Shown piece after piece: positions 9,569 through 17,896 of a stretch of DNA of 64,000 bases. A program made the position numbers and the translations under genes. Source of the stretch: Candidatus Nanopelagicaceae bacterium (GTDB taxonomy: Bacteria; Actinomycetota; Actinomycetes; Nanopelagicales; Nanopelagicaceae); NCBI GenBank assembly GCA_049451055.1, contig JBMTVF010000001.1:33508-97507 (forward strand), read 5' to 3'. Numbering within the stretch: position 1 is the first letter of the stretch; each line of letters opens with the position of its first letter. A model generated the notes under the pieces. It saw only the letters and a program-made list of their open reading frames with translations. It was not told the origin of the DNA and did not search any database.

Positions 9569-10968
9569 ATCCGCTCTCCTCCTTCACCACTGGAACCATA
9601 GTGGCGCTTCTCTATAAATTCGAGCGTGGCATTAGCTAATTGATCCAGATTTTCAGCTCTGGAGCCTTTAATCAGTACGACATCGCCTGGTTCGATTCTC
9701 GCGATAAATTCTGTAGCTGCTCTCCAGTCTAATACTGATGCAGTCATCGTATTGCTATTTGATAAATTGGAAATAAATGATGATTCACCAATTGCAATTA
9801 GATTATCTATATTGGCGCTTAGGGCGTATTCGCCAACTTCTTTATGAAGCACATCCGACTCGGAACCTAACTCATGCATCTTTCCCAAAAACGCCCAAGA
9901 TTGTCCACCGCTCTCTTGCGATAGTTGACGAAGAGTTTGTATTGCTGCCTTGCAGCTTTCGGGATTTGAGTTATACGAGTCGTTAATTAGCGTAATCTCA
10001 TGGTTCTTGTGCAATTCCATTCGCCACTTACTTTGAGCGGTATGTTGAGATAGTCCTTCTGAGATTAATCGCAAATCTAGACCCAATGAGATTGCAGCTG
10101 CCGCTGCTGCTAAGGCGTTCGCTATTTGATGCGCTCCTAGAATTTGTAATTCAACACGCTCTCGTCCTTGCTTTGTGACAAGATCAAATGAGGCATACCC
10201 GCCCTTTATCTCTATATCAGCTGCTCGAACGTCGCACTCTGGCTTTTCGCCGAAATAAAGAACTCTTAAATCTAAACCAGATGCAATATTAGGTGTGAAT
10301 TCATCGTATGTACCCAATATCGCCGTCTCGCCATTCTTTAGCCCCCGAATTAGTTCGCCTTTGGTCCGGGCAATATTCTCCCGAGATCCAAATTCACCAA
10401 GATGAGCTAGACCGACTTTGAGGACGATACCAACATTTGGCTGGGCAATTTCTGTCAGCCTAGCAATATCACCTTGATGGCGAGCCCCCATCTCGAGTAT
10501 GCAATAACTAGTTTTAGTGTTTGCTTTTAAGAGTGTAATTGGAACGCCAATCTCATTGTTGTATGAGCCAGGTGGCGCAATAGTTTCACCAGATAATGAG
10601 AGTATAGATTTTAGTAAATCTTTTGTTGTTGTTTTACCTTGTGAGCCAGTAATTCCTATAACCTTAAGGTCTTTGAGGGACAGCCTTAGATGATTTGCAA
10701 GCTTCGAAATAGCGAGTAGTACATCAGAAACTAATATGTGATCTCCATGGACTGGTTTTGAAGTTATCGCAAGTTTGGCTCCGCGCTCAAAAGCATCAGG
10801 CGCATAATCATGGCCGTCCTTTGATTCACCTAAAAGAGCTATGAAGACATCCCCATTATGAATTTGGCGTGAATCAAATTCAAAGTTGCCGGAGATAACA
10901 TTTTCGGAATCGCCAAAAATTTTACCCTCCATGATTCGGGCAATTTCACCGGATTTCATGGGAATCAT
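9565..10968 (-). CDS. murF: UDP-MurNAc-tripeptide--D-Ala-D-Ala ligase
   Basis: ITGSQGKTTTKD P-loop and Mur ligase domains. It follows murE, with a 4-nt overlap with its neighbours. Confidence 0.93.
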   Translation of the reverse strand: MIPMKSGEIARIMEGKIFGDSENVISGNFEFDSRQIHNGDVFIALLGESKDGHDYAPDAFERGAKLAITSKPVHGDHILVSDVLLAISKLANHLRLSLKDLKVIGITGSQGKTTTKDLLKSILSLSGETIAPPGSYNNEIGVPITLLKANTKTSYCILEMGARHQGDIARLTEIAQPNVGIVLKVGLAHLGEFGSRENIARTKGELIRGLKNGETAILGTYDEFTPNIASGLDLRVLYFGEKPECDVRAADIEIKGGYASFDLVTKQGRERVELQILGAHQIANALAAAAAAISLGLDLRLISEGLSQHTAQSKWRMELHKNHEITLINDSYNSNPESCKAAIQTLRQLSQESGGQSWAFLGKMHELGSESDVLHKEVGEYALSANIDNLIAIGESSFISNLSNSNTMTASVLDWRAATEFIARIEPGDVVLIKGSRAENLDQLANATLEFIEKRHYGSSGEGGERI

Positions 10969-12443
10969 TTAGCACCAATCGCTTCCATGATTTCGATCCG
11001 ATCGTCAAAAGGCTCTGATTTGCCAAGTATTTCCTGACCTGTTTCATGACCCTTGCCGAGAACAATGATTAAGTCGCCTGGTTTTGCTATTTCGATAGCG
11101 CGTCGGATGGCAGATCTTCGATCAATAATTATCTCCGCGCCATCTTTTAACTTTAGACCTGAAATCATTTCATCCAAAATTTTTTCTGGAGATTCACTTC
11201 TGGGATTGTCACTTGTAAAAATCGGCAAGTCACATCCACTGTTTAGAGCTGCGCCCATAGCGCTTCGTTTGGTTCGATCTCGATCGCCACCACATCCAAG
11301 AACTCCGATGATCCGTTTGGCTTTAACGCTTCTAACAGCTTTTAGAACCCGCAAGACAGCATCGGGGGTGTGGGCATAATCGACATAGATGTGATTCGGT
11401 TGATCTACTACAAGCTGCAAGCGACCTGGGGCGCCTTGTAGTTTGGGAATTGAACGCGAAACCTCTTCCACATAGAGTCCAGATTCAATCGCAATCGAGA
11501 CGGCGAGAAGCAGATTTTCAAAATTGAATTCACCAATCAAGGTGGACTCGGAATCAATAACTTTGTCACCTGGGCCAGAAATCTGAATTTCCTTATTGAG
11601 ACCGCTTTCTTTGAGAATCCTCAAATTCCAATCTGCGCTATCTCTTTGAGAGAACGCCTTATGTGCAATTTCAATTTCGCCCGCTAGCCTTCGACCATAA
11701 TCATTATCTATATTGATAAATGCTTTTTTTGCGTATTTATCAGTAAATAGAGTGCGTTTTGCTTGAAAGTAGCTCTCCATATTTCCGTGATAGTCGAGGT
11801 GGTCTTGGCTAAGGTTTGTGAATCCGACTGACTCAAAATGTAATCCTGATACTCGCTTCTGAGATAGAGCGTGGCTGCTTACTTCAATAGCTACATGAGT
11901 AACTGAGGACTCTTGCATTCTTGCCAGGATTGAAACAATTTCATCTCCAGTAGGTGTGGTCTTCTTAGCAGGACTCTGCTTGCCAGCAATTTCGATAGCA
12001 ACTGTGCCGATAATTCCCGTTTTAAGACCCGAGTATTTAAATAATTCTGATAGTAAAAAGGTAGTGGTGGTTTTTCCGTTGGTGCCAGTAATTCCAAAAA
12101 GCATCAACTTTTTTGTAGGAAAGTCATAAAACCAATCGGTAAGGGTTACTGGTAAATCTTGGGTGTTCTCTATACTGATCGAGGCGATTTTCCTTCGTGC
12201 AAACTCATAACCTGTTGTATCAGAGATTACCGCGCGAGCCCCCTTTGAAATTGCTTGGTCAATGAATTCAATCCCATGATGGCTTTCCCCAGGTATCGCA
12301 ATAAACAAATCGCCTTTTTGAATATTTCGCGAGTCGCTACATATACCGTTTATTTCAATATTTATTTGAGACGGATCTAAATCTACTTTTAGGAAATCAG
12401 CAACCTCTGTGAGCCTTTTCGAAAATTTCTGCAGCGGCCTCAT
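10965..12443 (-). CDS. murE: UDP-MurNAc-L-Ala-D-Glu--2,6-diaminopimelate ligase
   Basis: ITGTNGKTTT P-loop and a C-terminal TSDNPRSE (DNPR) motif diagnostic of MurE. Confidence 0.95.
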   Translation of the reverse strand: MRPLQKFSKRLTEVADFLKVDLDPSQINIEINGICSDSRNIQKGDLFIAIPGESHHGIEFIDQAISKGARAVISDTTGYEFARRKIASISIENTQDLPVTLTDWFYDFPTKKLMLFGITGTNGKTTTTFLLSELFKYSGLKTGIIGTVAIEIAGKQSPAKKTTPTGDEIVSILARMQESSVTHVAIEVSSHALSQKRVSGLHFESVGFTNLSQDHLDYHGNMESYFQAKRTLFTDKYAKKAFINIDNDYGRRLAGEIEIAHKAFSQRDSADWNLRILKESGLNKEIQISGPGDKVIDSESTLIGEFNFENLLLAVSIAIESGLYVEEVSRSIPKLQGAPGRLQLVVDQPNHIYVDYAHTPDAVLRVLKAVRSVKAKRIIGVLGCGGDRDRTKRSAMGAALNSGCDLPIFTSDNPRSESPEKILDEMISGLKLKDGAEIIIDRRSAIRRAIEIAKPGDLIIVLGKGHETGQEILGKSEPFDDRIEIMEAIGAK

Positions 12444-14221
12444 GATTTCTTTTTCAATTCCCGTGCATTCAGGGCGTAGCTAAATGTACGTTCAGTCGAA
12501 GGAGCTATCCGCTGATCGCGTAGAACAAATCCCATCACCTCGCGAAAAACTGGTCCACCTAAATAGCCTCCGTAGTAAACCCCTTTTGGATCTTGAATTG
12601 TCACACTGGCTACATACTTAGGATTTTCTGCAGGGGCAAAACCAATAAATGATGATGTATAACCTCTATAGCAACCGCATGAATCATCAATTCTTCTCGC
12701 TGTTCCGGTTTTACCAGCAACTCGATATCCGGATATTGCAGCTTGTGGTGCAGTTCCTGAACTAGAGACCACGCTCTCCATCATCACTCTCAACTGCGAT
12801 GCCGTTTGAGAGCTGATTATGCGTTCACTTTTTTGATTTTCGTTCGGTGAAAATCTGCCACCAGCATCGGTAGTACCTGCGATTAAAGTAGGTGCAACGC
12901 GCACTCCGTCGTTTGCGATAGTTGCAAATACTGATGTTGCCTGCATAGCCGTCAAAGAGTAACCCTGGCCAAATGCGACTGTTGGTGCAGTAGTACCGGA
13001 CCATTGGGAGACCTCTAGTAATTTACCCGATTCTTCGCCGGGTAAACCTGAGCCAGTCTTACTTGCAATACCAAATTTTTTTAAGTAGTCATGTAATTTC
13101 TCGTGAGAAATCATCTCACCAACTTTTATCGAAGCCACGTTACTTGATTGCGCTAAAGCGCCGGTCAAAGTAAGTTTCAAAACTGGATGAGGATCGTGAT
13201 CGTGGAATACTTTGTCGTATCGCTTAATCTTGTCCGGAACCGTAAGTACTGTCTCTGGTGAGACTTTGCCTTCCTCCATCGCGGCTGCAAAAGTGATTAC
13301 TTTTCCAGTAGATCCTGGTTCATAAACTTCCTGCACGGATGGGTTTTGCCAGCGCCTTGAATCTACTCCCTTAGTTTTTCCGGGTTCGAAAGTTGGAAAA
13401 GTCGCGTGAGCCAAAATTGCTCCAGTAGCCGGATCCATGACAATAACAGTTCCCGATTGCGCCCGAGCTTTTGTAACCGCTTTACGAATTTCGCGCTGAG
13501 CAATCCATTGAATATCTCGATCTATGGTCAAGCGGATTGTGTTGCCTCGCTTCTCTTCCACGGTTATTTTTTGGGTTCCAGGGATTATGGTGCCGGCTGC
13601 ATTGGCATAGGTATATTCACCATTGACACCAGCCAGAGTGGAATTTAAAGAGTATTCAAGTCCGGCAGCGCCTGCTCCAGATTGATTTACAAATCCAATG
13701 ACTGCCGCTGCTAGCCCGCCTTGCGGATATTCACGGGCGTAAATGCGTTCGGCGAAGAATCCAGCCAATTCATTGGCAAATCCCCCATCCTTCTTAGCGA
13801 CTTCATCATTATATTGAGTAATCGTTTCTTGTAGTTTTCTCCAAACAGCCGGTTGCACGCTCTGACTGATAACAACATATCTTCGTTCGCCAATCAGTTT
13901 GCTCTTTAAATAGTCCTTATCCATTTTTAGAATTGGCGCCGCAATAGTTGCTAGCTTTTCTGGAAAATCTATGATTGCTTGATCTACGAGCAATCGGTAA
14001 GCGGTAACGCTTCTGGCAAATTCAATACCGTTGACATCAGTAATAGATCCCCTGGGGGCCAAGATTATTGATTTCTTTGCCAATTCAAGATCGGCTTTAT
14101 TTGCATAGCCAGCAGCTCTCACAGCTTGGACATCTACAAGTCTTATAGAGAAGGTGACTAACAAAACTAGTGATACGGCAACAAGATATCGAATTCGCTT
14201 TTCGAATAATCCCGTTGCCAT
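12440..14221 (-). CDS. ftsI: Division-specific class B penicillin-binding protein (FtsI/PBP3)
   Basis: N-terminal TM, and transpeptidase motifs STGK (PGSTGKV), SSN and KTGT (AGKTGTA). Confidence 0.93.
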   Translation of the reverse strand: MATGLFEKRIRYLVAVSLVLLVTFSIRLVDVQAVRAAGYANKADLELAKKSIILAPRGSITDVNGIEFARSVTAYRLLVDQAIIDFPEKLATIAAPILKMDKDYLKSKLIGERRYVVISQSVQPAVWRKLQETITQYNDEVAKKDGGFANELAGFFAERIYAREYPQGGLAAAVIGFVNQSGAGAAGLEYSLNSTLAGVNGEYTYANAAGTIIPGTQKITVEEKRGNTIRLTIDRDIQWIAQREIRKAVTKARAQSGTVIVMDPATGAILAHATFPTFEPGKTKGVDSRRWQNPSVQEVYEPGSTGKVITFAAAMEEGKVSPETVLTVPDKIKRYDKVFHDHDPHPVLKLTLTGALAQSSNVASIKVGEMISHEKLHDYLKKFGIASKTGSGLPGEESGKLLEVSQWSGTTAPTVAFGQGYSLTAMQATSVFATIANDGVRVAPTLIAGTTDAGGRFSPNENQKSERIISSQTASQLRVMMESVVSSSGTAPQAAISGYRVAGKTGTARRIDDSCGCYRGYTSSFIGFAPAENPKYVASVTIQDPKGVYYGGYLGGPVFREVMGFVLRDQRIAPSTERTFSYALNARELKKKS

Positions 14222-14623
14222 TTACTGTCCAACTTTCGTCGCGGCTTCTGGCTGCAAAAAAATGAACTTAATTTTATTATTTTCAATCATTCCAAGCGAA
14301 CTTGCTCTACGAGCTAAGTTCTCTGGGTCTGAGATACGTGCTATCTCTCTTAGAGCAGCTTCGCGATCTTCAGCGAGTTGGATAGCTTCCAATTTAAGGT
14401 TCTTGATCTTAACCGCATCACTTCCCAACAAGATATTTATTCCGAGAAGTCCCAAAAGTCCAACTATAAGAATTGCTCCGATAAGGCCATAAAAAATACG
14501 ATCACTTGCACGTTGACCGGCAACCGGTCGAAGTTCCGGGACCAACTTAAGAATCGCTCGCGAAGATTTTTCAACAAGATTTACCGTAGGGCGAGAGACC
14601 GATGTGTTTAATGAAAGCGCCAT
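14222..14623 (-). CDS. ftsL: FtsL-like bitopic division protein
   Basis: 133 aa with one TM (IFYGLIGAILIVGLLGLLGINILL) followed by a coiled-coil-like segment. It lies between rsmH and ftsI. Assigned by position and architecture only. Confidence 0.6.
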   Translation of the reverse strand: MALSLNTSVSRPTVNLVEKSSRAILKLVPELRPVAGQRASDRIFYGLIGAILIVGLLGLLGINILLGSDAVKIKNLKLEAIQLAEDREAALREIARISDPENLARRASSLGMIENNKIKFIFLQPEAATKVGQ

Positions 14624-15579
14624 CAGATAGCTATCCGTTCTATGGCTCGAAGACGAACCGATTGAGATCGAGGGTTTCTAGAGATCTCTGATTCATCAGG
14701 AGTTTCGCTGCCATTGAAAACTAATCTGAATTTCGCCTTGTGCTCTTTTAATTCAATTGGAAGTCCAACTGGAGATTTAGATTTCGTAACATCTGCAAAA
14801 GCCTGTTTTACGATTCGATCTTCAAGAGATTGGAAAGACATTACGACCATTCGGCCGTGAAGTTCGATGCAACTTATAGCTTGAGGGATCGCTCGTTTTA
14901 AGATTTCTAACTCTTGATTTACTTCAATTCTTATTGCCTGGAATGTGCGCTTGGCTGGATTTCCACCCAACCTGCGAGCGGGAGCAGGGATACTAGCTTT
15001 GATTATTTCAACTAATTCATCAGTATTCTCTATTTTTCTAGATTCACGAGCCTTCACAATATTTTTAGCTATCCGATTGGCGAATTTTTCCTCGCCGTAA
15101 GCCTTTATTAGCCAACTTAATTCTTCCTGTGAATAGTCATTAATTACATTTGAGGCAGTTAATGCGCTCGATTTATCCATTCTCATATCAAGTGGAGCAG
15201 ATCTTGAGTACGAAAAGCCGCGCTCGAAGTCATCTATTTGTAGCGAGGAAACGCCAAGATCAAAGAGGATCCCAGCTACTCCTTTTATTCCCATTCCCGA
15301 TAAAAGTGTTGGAATTTGGTCGTAAACAGCGTGTATGAAATTAATCCTTGAAGCGAATTGGGAGAGACGTTCTCTAGACCTTGCTAACGCTCTCTCATCT
15401 CTATCAATACCAATTAAACGCAAGTGTGGAAATTTTTCAAGAAGTGCTTCGGCGTGACCGCCCAATCCAATAGTTGCATCAACAACTACAGCTTCTTCTC
15501 GATTCTCTAAAGCGGGTGTCAAAAGTGCTACGCAACGATCTAGCATCACTGGAACGTGTTGAACTTGATTCATTTCCAT
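14623..15579 (-). CDS. rsmH: 16S rRNA (cytosine1402-N4)-methyltransferase RsmH (MraW)
   Basis: HVPVML N-terminus and the DATIGLGGH and GILFDLGVSS SAM-MTase motifs. Confidence 0.95.
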   Translation of the reverse strand: MEMNQVQHVPVMLDRCVALLTPALENREEAVVVDATIGLGGHAEALLEKFPHLRLIGIDRDERALARSRERLSQFASRINFIHAVYDQIPTLLSGMGIKGVAGILFDLGVSSLQIDDFERGFSYSRSAPLDMRMDKSSALTASNVINDYSQEELSWLIKAYGEEKFANRIAKNIVKARESRKIENTDELVEIIKASIPAPARRLGGNPAKRTFQAIRIEVNQELEILKRAIPQAISCIELHGRMVVMSFQSLEDRIVKQAFADVTKSKSPVGLPIELKEHKAKFRLVFNGSETPDESEISRNPRSQSVRLRAIERIAI

Positions 15580-15599
15580 AGCAACCCTGGTTTTTGATT

Positions 15600-15702
15600 C
15601 CCTCTTCTCTGGTCACCGCCGGCCGACGGATGCTGGGGGTCGAGCGGCACCGGGGAAGAGGCGCCGCTCGGGCTGAAGGTCGGCGGTGGCCAGAGAGGAG
15701 GG
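15600..15702 (-). promoter_or_regulatory. GC-rich structured leader RNA between mraZ and rsmH (candidate mraW RNA motif)
   Basis: By my count, 73 of the 100 nt at 15601..15700 are G+C, against an AT-rich background. On the minus strand a long outer helix (15702..15679 with 15627..15600) encloses a perfect 11-bp hairpin, CGAGCGGCGCC-UCUUCCCC-GGUGCCGCUCG (15670..15641). The location matches the published actinobacterial mraW motif. Confidence 0.65.
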
Positions 15703-15707
15703 AGCTC

Positions 15708-16139
15708 TTAAAACAGCCCCGGGAACACCTCCTCTGAAACTTCGGCGAAACCTTTCTCGCGATCTTTGAGGTAGCTCTTCCAAGATTTTGCATCCCAGAT
15801 TTCAACTCGGGTATTTGCGCCAATAACTACGCAATCTCTCTCTAAATTTGCATATTCGCGTAGTCCATTTGGAATCATTACTCGCCCTTGTTTATCCGGA
15901 ATCTCGTCATGTGCGCCGGCGAACATCACGCGCATGTAGTCACGTGCCGCCTTCTGAGTTAACGGCGCCTGTCGAAGTTGTTCGGTAATTCGTGCAAATT
16001 CATTTCCGGGAAATACATAAAGGCATCTCTCTTGTCCTTTTGTGATTACAAGTCCGCTCGCTAATTCATCGCGAAACTTGGCGGGAAGGATCAACCGCCC
16101 TTTTTCATCTAGACGAGGTTCATGGGTACCCAAAAACAT
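15708..16139 (-). CDS. mraZ: Transcriptional regulator MraZ
   Basis: [23 protein letters not shown] and a second DKQGRVMIP repeat, which is the duplicated SpoVT/AbrB-like MraZ fold. Confidence 0.95.
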   Translation of the reverse strand: MFLGTHEPRLDEKGRLILPAKFRDELASGLVITKGQERCLYVFPGNEFARITEQLRQAPLTQKAARDYMRVMFAGAHDEIPDKQGRVMIPNGLREYANLERDCVVIGANTRVEIWDAKSWKSYLKDREKGFAEVSEEVFPGLF

Positions 16140-16176
16140 TTGAACCTCCCCAAAGTGGCGAGACCCCCGTCCCGCT

Positions 16177-16226
16177 CAATTCCCCACTTTACTCCCTTTT
16201 ACTCCATTTTCAACCACCTTACTCCA
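16177..16226 (-). promoter_or_regulatory. Five direct repeats phased at exactly 10 bp upstream of mraZ (candidate MraZ operator)
   Basis: The minus strand reads TGGAGTAAGG TGGTTGAAAA TGGAGTAAAA GGGAGTAAAG TGGGGAATTG. The array ends 38 nt upstream of the mraZ ATG. E. coli MraZ binds TGGGN repeats with the same 10-bp phasing. Confidence 0.6.
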
Positions 16227-16260
16227 TTTGCCCATCTACTTTGGAGATCGCTACGGAAAT

Positions 16261-16289
16261 GAAAAAAGCCCGCCGAAGCGGGCTTTTTA
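16261..16289 (-). terminator. Rho-independent terminator after the DUF3040 gene
   Basis: AGCCCGC-cgaa-GCGGGCT 7-bp GC stem, flanked by an A6 run on one side and T5 on the other. On the minus strand the hairpin is followed by UUUUUU. Confidence 0.8.
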
Positions 16290-16303
16290 AAGGACATTAC
16301 TGG

Positions 16304-16645
16304 CTATTCAGGGCTTCTTCGATCCCATCGCTCCTCAAAGCGGGCGCTCCACTTTGAACCTTTTCTCGGGGCGCTAGAACGAGCCATCAATCCGCCAAGG
16401 TTGGAGAGGGCCAATACCGCTCCGCCCAAGGCAATAGCAAAGCCAAAAACGCCAAGAAGAGGAGTCTTGCCAATCAGGCCAGCCAGAAGCACAAAAAGGC
16501 CAGCAACTATCAATAAGAAACCTATGACGGCCCGGGAGCGATTTGGCGTCTTACCGTTAAAGGTCGAGATCAACCGGGGATCATCTGCGGCGAGAGCCTC
16601 TTCCATCTCGGCAAGAAGGCGTTTCTCATGATCGGATAGTGGCAT
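16304..16645 (-). CDS. DUF3040-family small membrane protein
   Basis: MPLSDHEKRLLAEMEEALAADDPR N-terminus followed by two hydrophobic helices. It occupies the same position next to mraZ as in other Actinobacteria. Confidence 0.75.
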   Translation of the reverse strand: MPLSDHEKRLLAEMEEALAADDPRLISTFNGKTPNRSRAVIGFLLIVAGLFVLLAGLIGKTPLLGVFGFAIALGGAVLALSNLGGLMARSSAPRKGSKWSARFEERWDRRSPE

Positions 16646-16708
16646 AACCAGAGAATAGTAGACGGGGCTATCTAGCGAAAGTCGAATCGGTTATGAACTC
16701 CTGCAAAC

Positions 16709-17896
16709 TCACTGAGAGCTATCTTCAATGAGTCGAGCCGGTTGCACCGAGCCTTGGCCAAAACGAGTAATAGCCCGATCGATTGCAATCTGGGCCTCTC
16801 GCCAACCTCGTTCACGACTTCCAAGCTCTAGTTGTTCGGCGGCGCCACCTTCATCGACTAGTTGATCCAACCCGATACCAAGCAGTCTGATTCGTGAGCC
16901 AGTTAAATTTAAAGATTTATACAACTCTCTGGAGATTTCAAAAACTTCTCGCATTCCATTTATTGGTAAAGGCATGGTTCGCGACTTGGTGAGATTGGTG
17001 AAGTCGGAGAAGCGCACCTTGAGCGTAATTGTGCGAGCTCTAAGCGAGCGCCCACGTAGCCGCTGGGTAACGCGTTCGGCCAGACGTAACAATTGACGTT
17101 CGATATCTCCAATATCTTCAAGGTCGTAAGAAAAAGTTTCAGCGGCGCTAATACTTTTCTCTGGAGCATCGACAACAACTTCGCGAAAATCTCTACCCCA
17201 AGCCAATTCGTAGAGAGCCTCCCCTGTGCTATCGCCTAGCGCTCTTTTTAGCGTGTTTAGTGGAGTATTAGCGATATCAGCAACAGTTCTTAAACCAAGT
17301 TGTTTCAGAGTCTCTCCAGTTTTTGGCCCGACGCCCCATAACTCTGTCACGGGCAGCGGATGGAGAAATGTTAAAACTCGATCACTCTGGATTTCGAGCA
17401 TTCCATCTGGTTTGCACCTTCCAGAGGCTAGCTTTGCAATAAATTTGGATGATGCAATTCCAACCGAGCATGTAATTTTCTCTTCATTTCTAACTCGCTC
17501 TCGAATTAGAGTTGCGATCTTGCGCCCATTTCCAAAGATGCGTAGGGCGCCGCTGACATCTAGGAAGGCTTCATCCAACGAAAGCGGTTCCACATAAGGT
17601 GTGAATTGGAAAAATATCTCCATCACTCTTCGGGAAACTTCTGAGTATCGATCATGGTCGGGTGGTATAAATACTGCAGTCGGTGCCATCCGTTGTGCTT
17701 GTATTACTGGCATGGCGGCTCGTATGCCGAATTTCCTAGCTTCATAATTCGCAGAGAGAACCACGCCCCGTGTTCCGGCGCCGACAACTAATGGCTTGCC
17801 TTTATGTTCTGGGTGGTCGAGTTGAGATACGGAAGCGAAGAATGCATCCATATCGACATGGAGAATCGTTGAGGTCTCGCGCTGCATTTCACTCAC
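16709..17896 (-). CDS. dinB: DNA polymerase IV (Y-family, catalytic residues intact)
   Basis: ILHVDMDAFFASV and SLDEAFLDVS carry the catalytic Asp/Asp/Glu. HhH-like GVGPKT is also present. The GTG at 17896 overlaps the dnaE2 stop by 8 nt; an alternative ATG at 17887 lies 1 nt after that stop. Confidence 0.9.
   Translation of the reverse strand: MSEMQRETSTILHVDMDAFFASVSQLDHPEHKGKPLVVGAGTRGVVLSANYEARKFGIRAAMPVIQAQRMAPTAVFIPPDHDRYSEVSRRVMEIFFQFTPYVEPLSLDEAFLDVSGALRIFGNGRKIATLIRERVRNEEKITCSVGIASSKFIAKLASGRCKPDGMLEIQSDRVLTFLHPLPVTELWGVGPKTGETLKQLGLRTVADIANTPLNTLKRALGDSTGEALYELAWGRDFREVVVDAPEKSISAAETFSYDLEDIGDIERQLLRLAERVTQRLRGRSLRARTITLKVRFSDFTNLTKSRTMPLPINGMREVFEISRELYKSLNLTGSRIRLLGIGLDQLVDEGGAAEQLELGSRERGWREAQIAIDRAITRFGQGSVQPARLIEDSSQ

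Noticed and set aside
15479-15823. 114-aa Arg/Ser-rich ORF on the minus strand spanning the mraZ-rsmH spacer
   Set aside because: It overlaps the 3' end of mraZ and the 5' end of rsmH in other frames. Its Arg/Pro/Ala-rich composition is what translation of a 73% G+C structured RNA gives. The nested-hairpin RNA explains it better.
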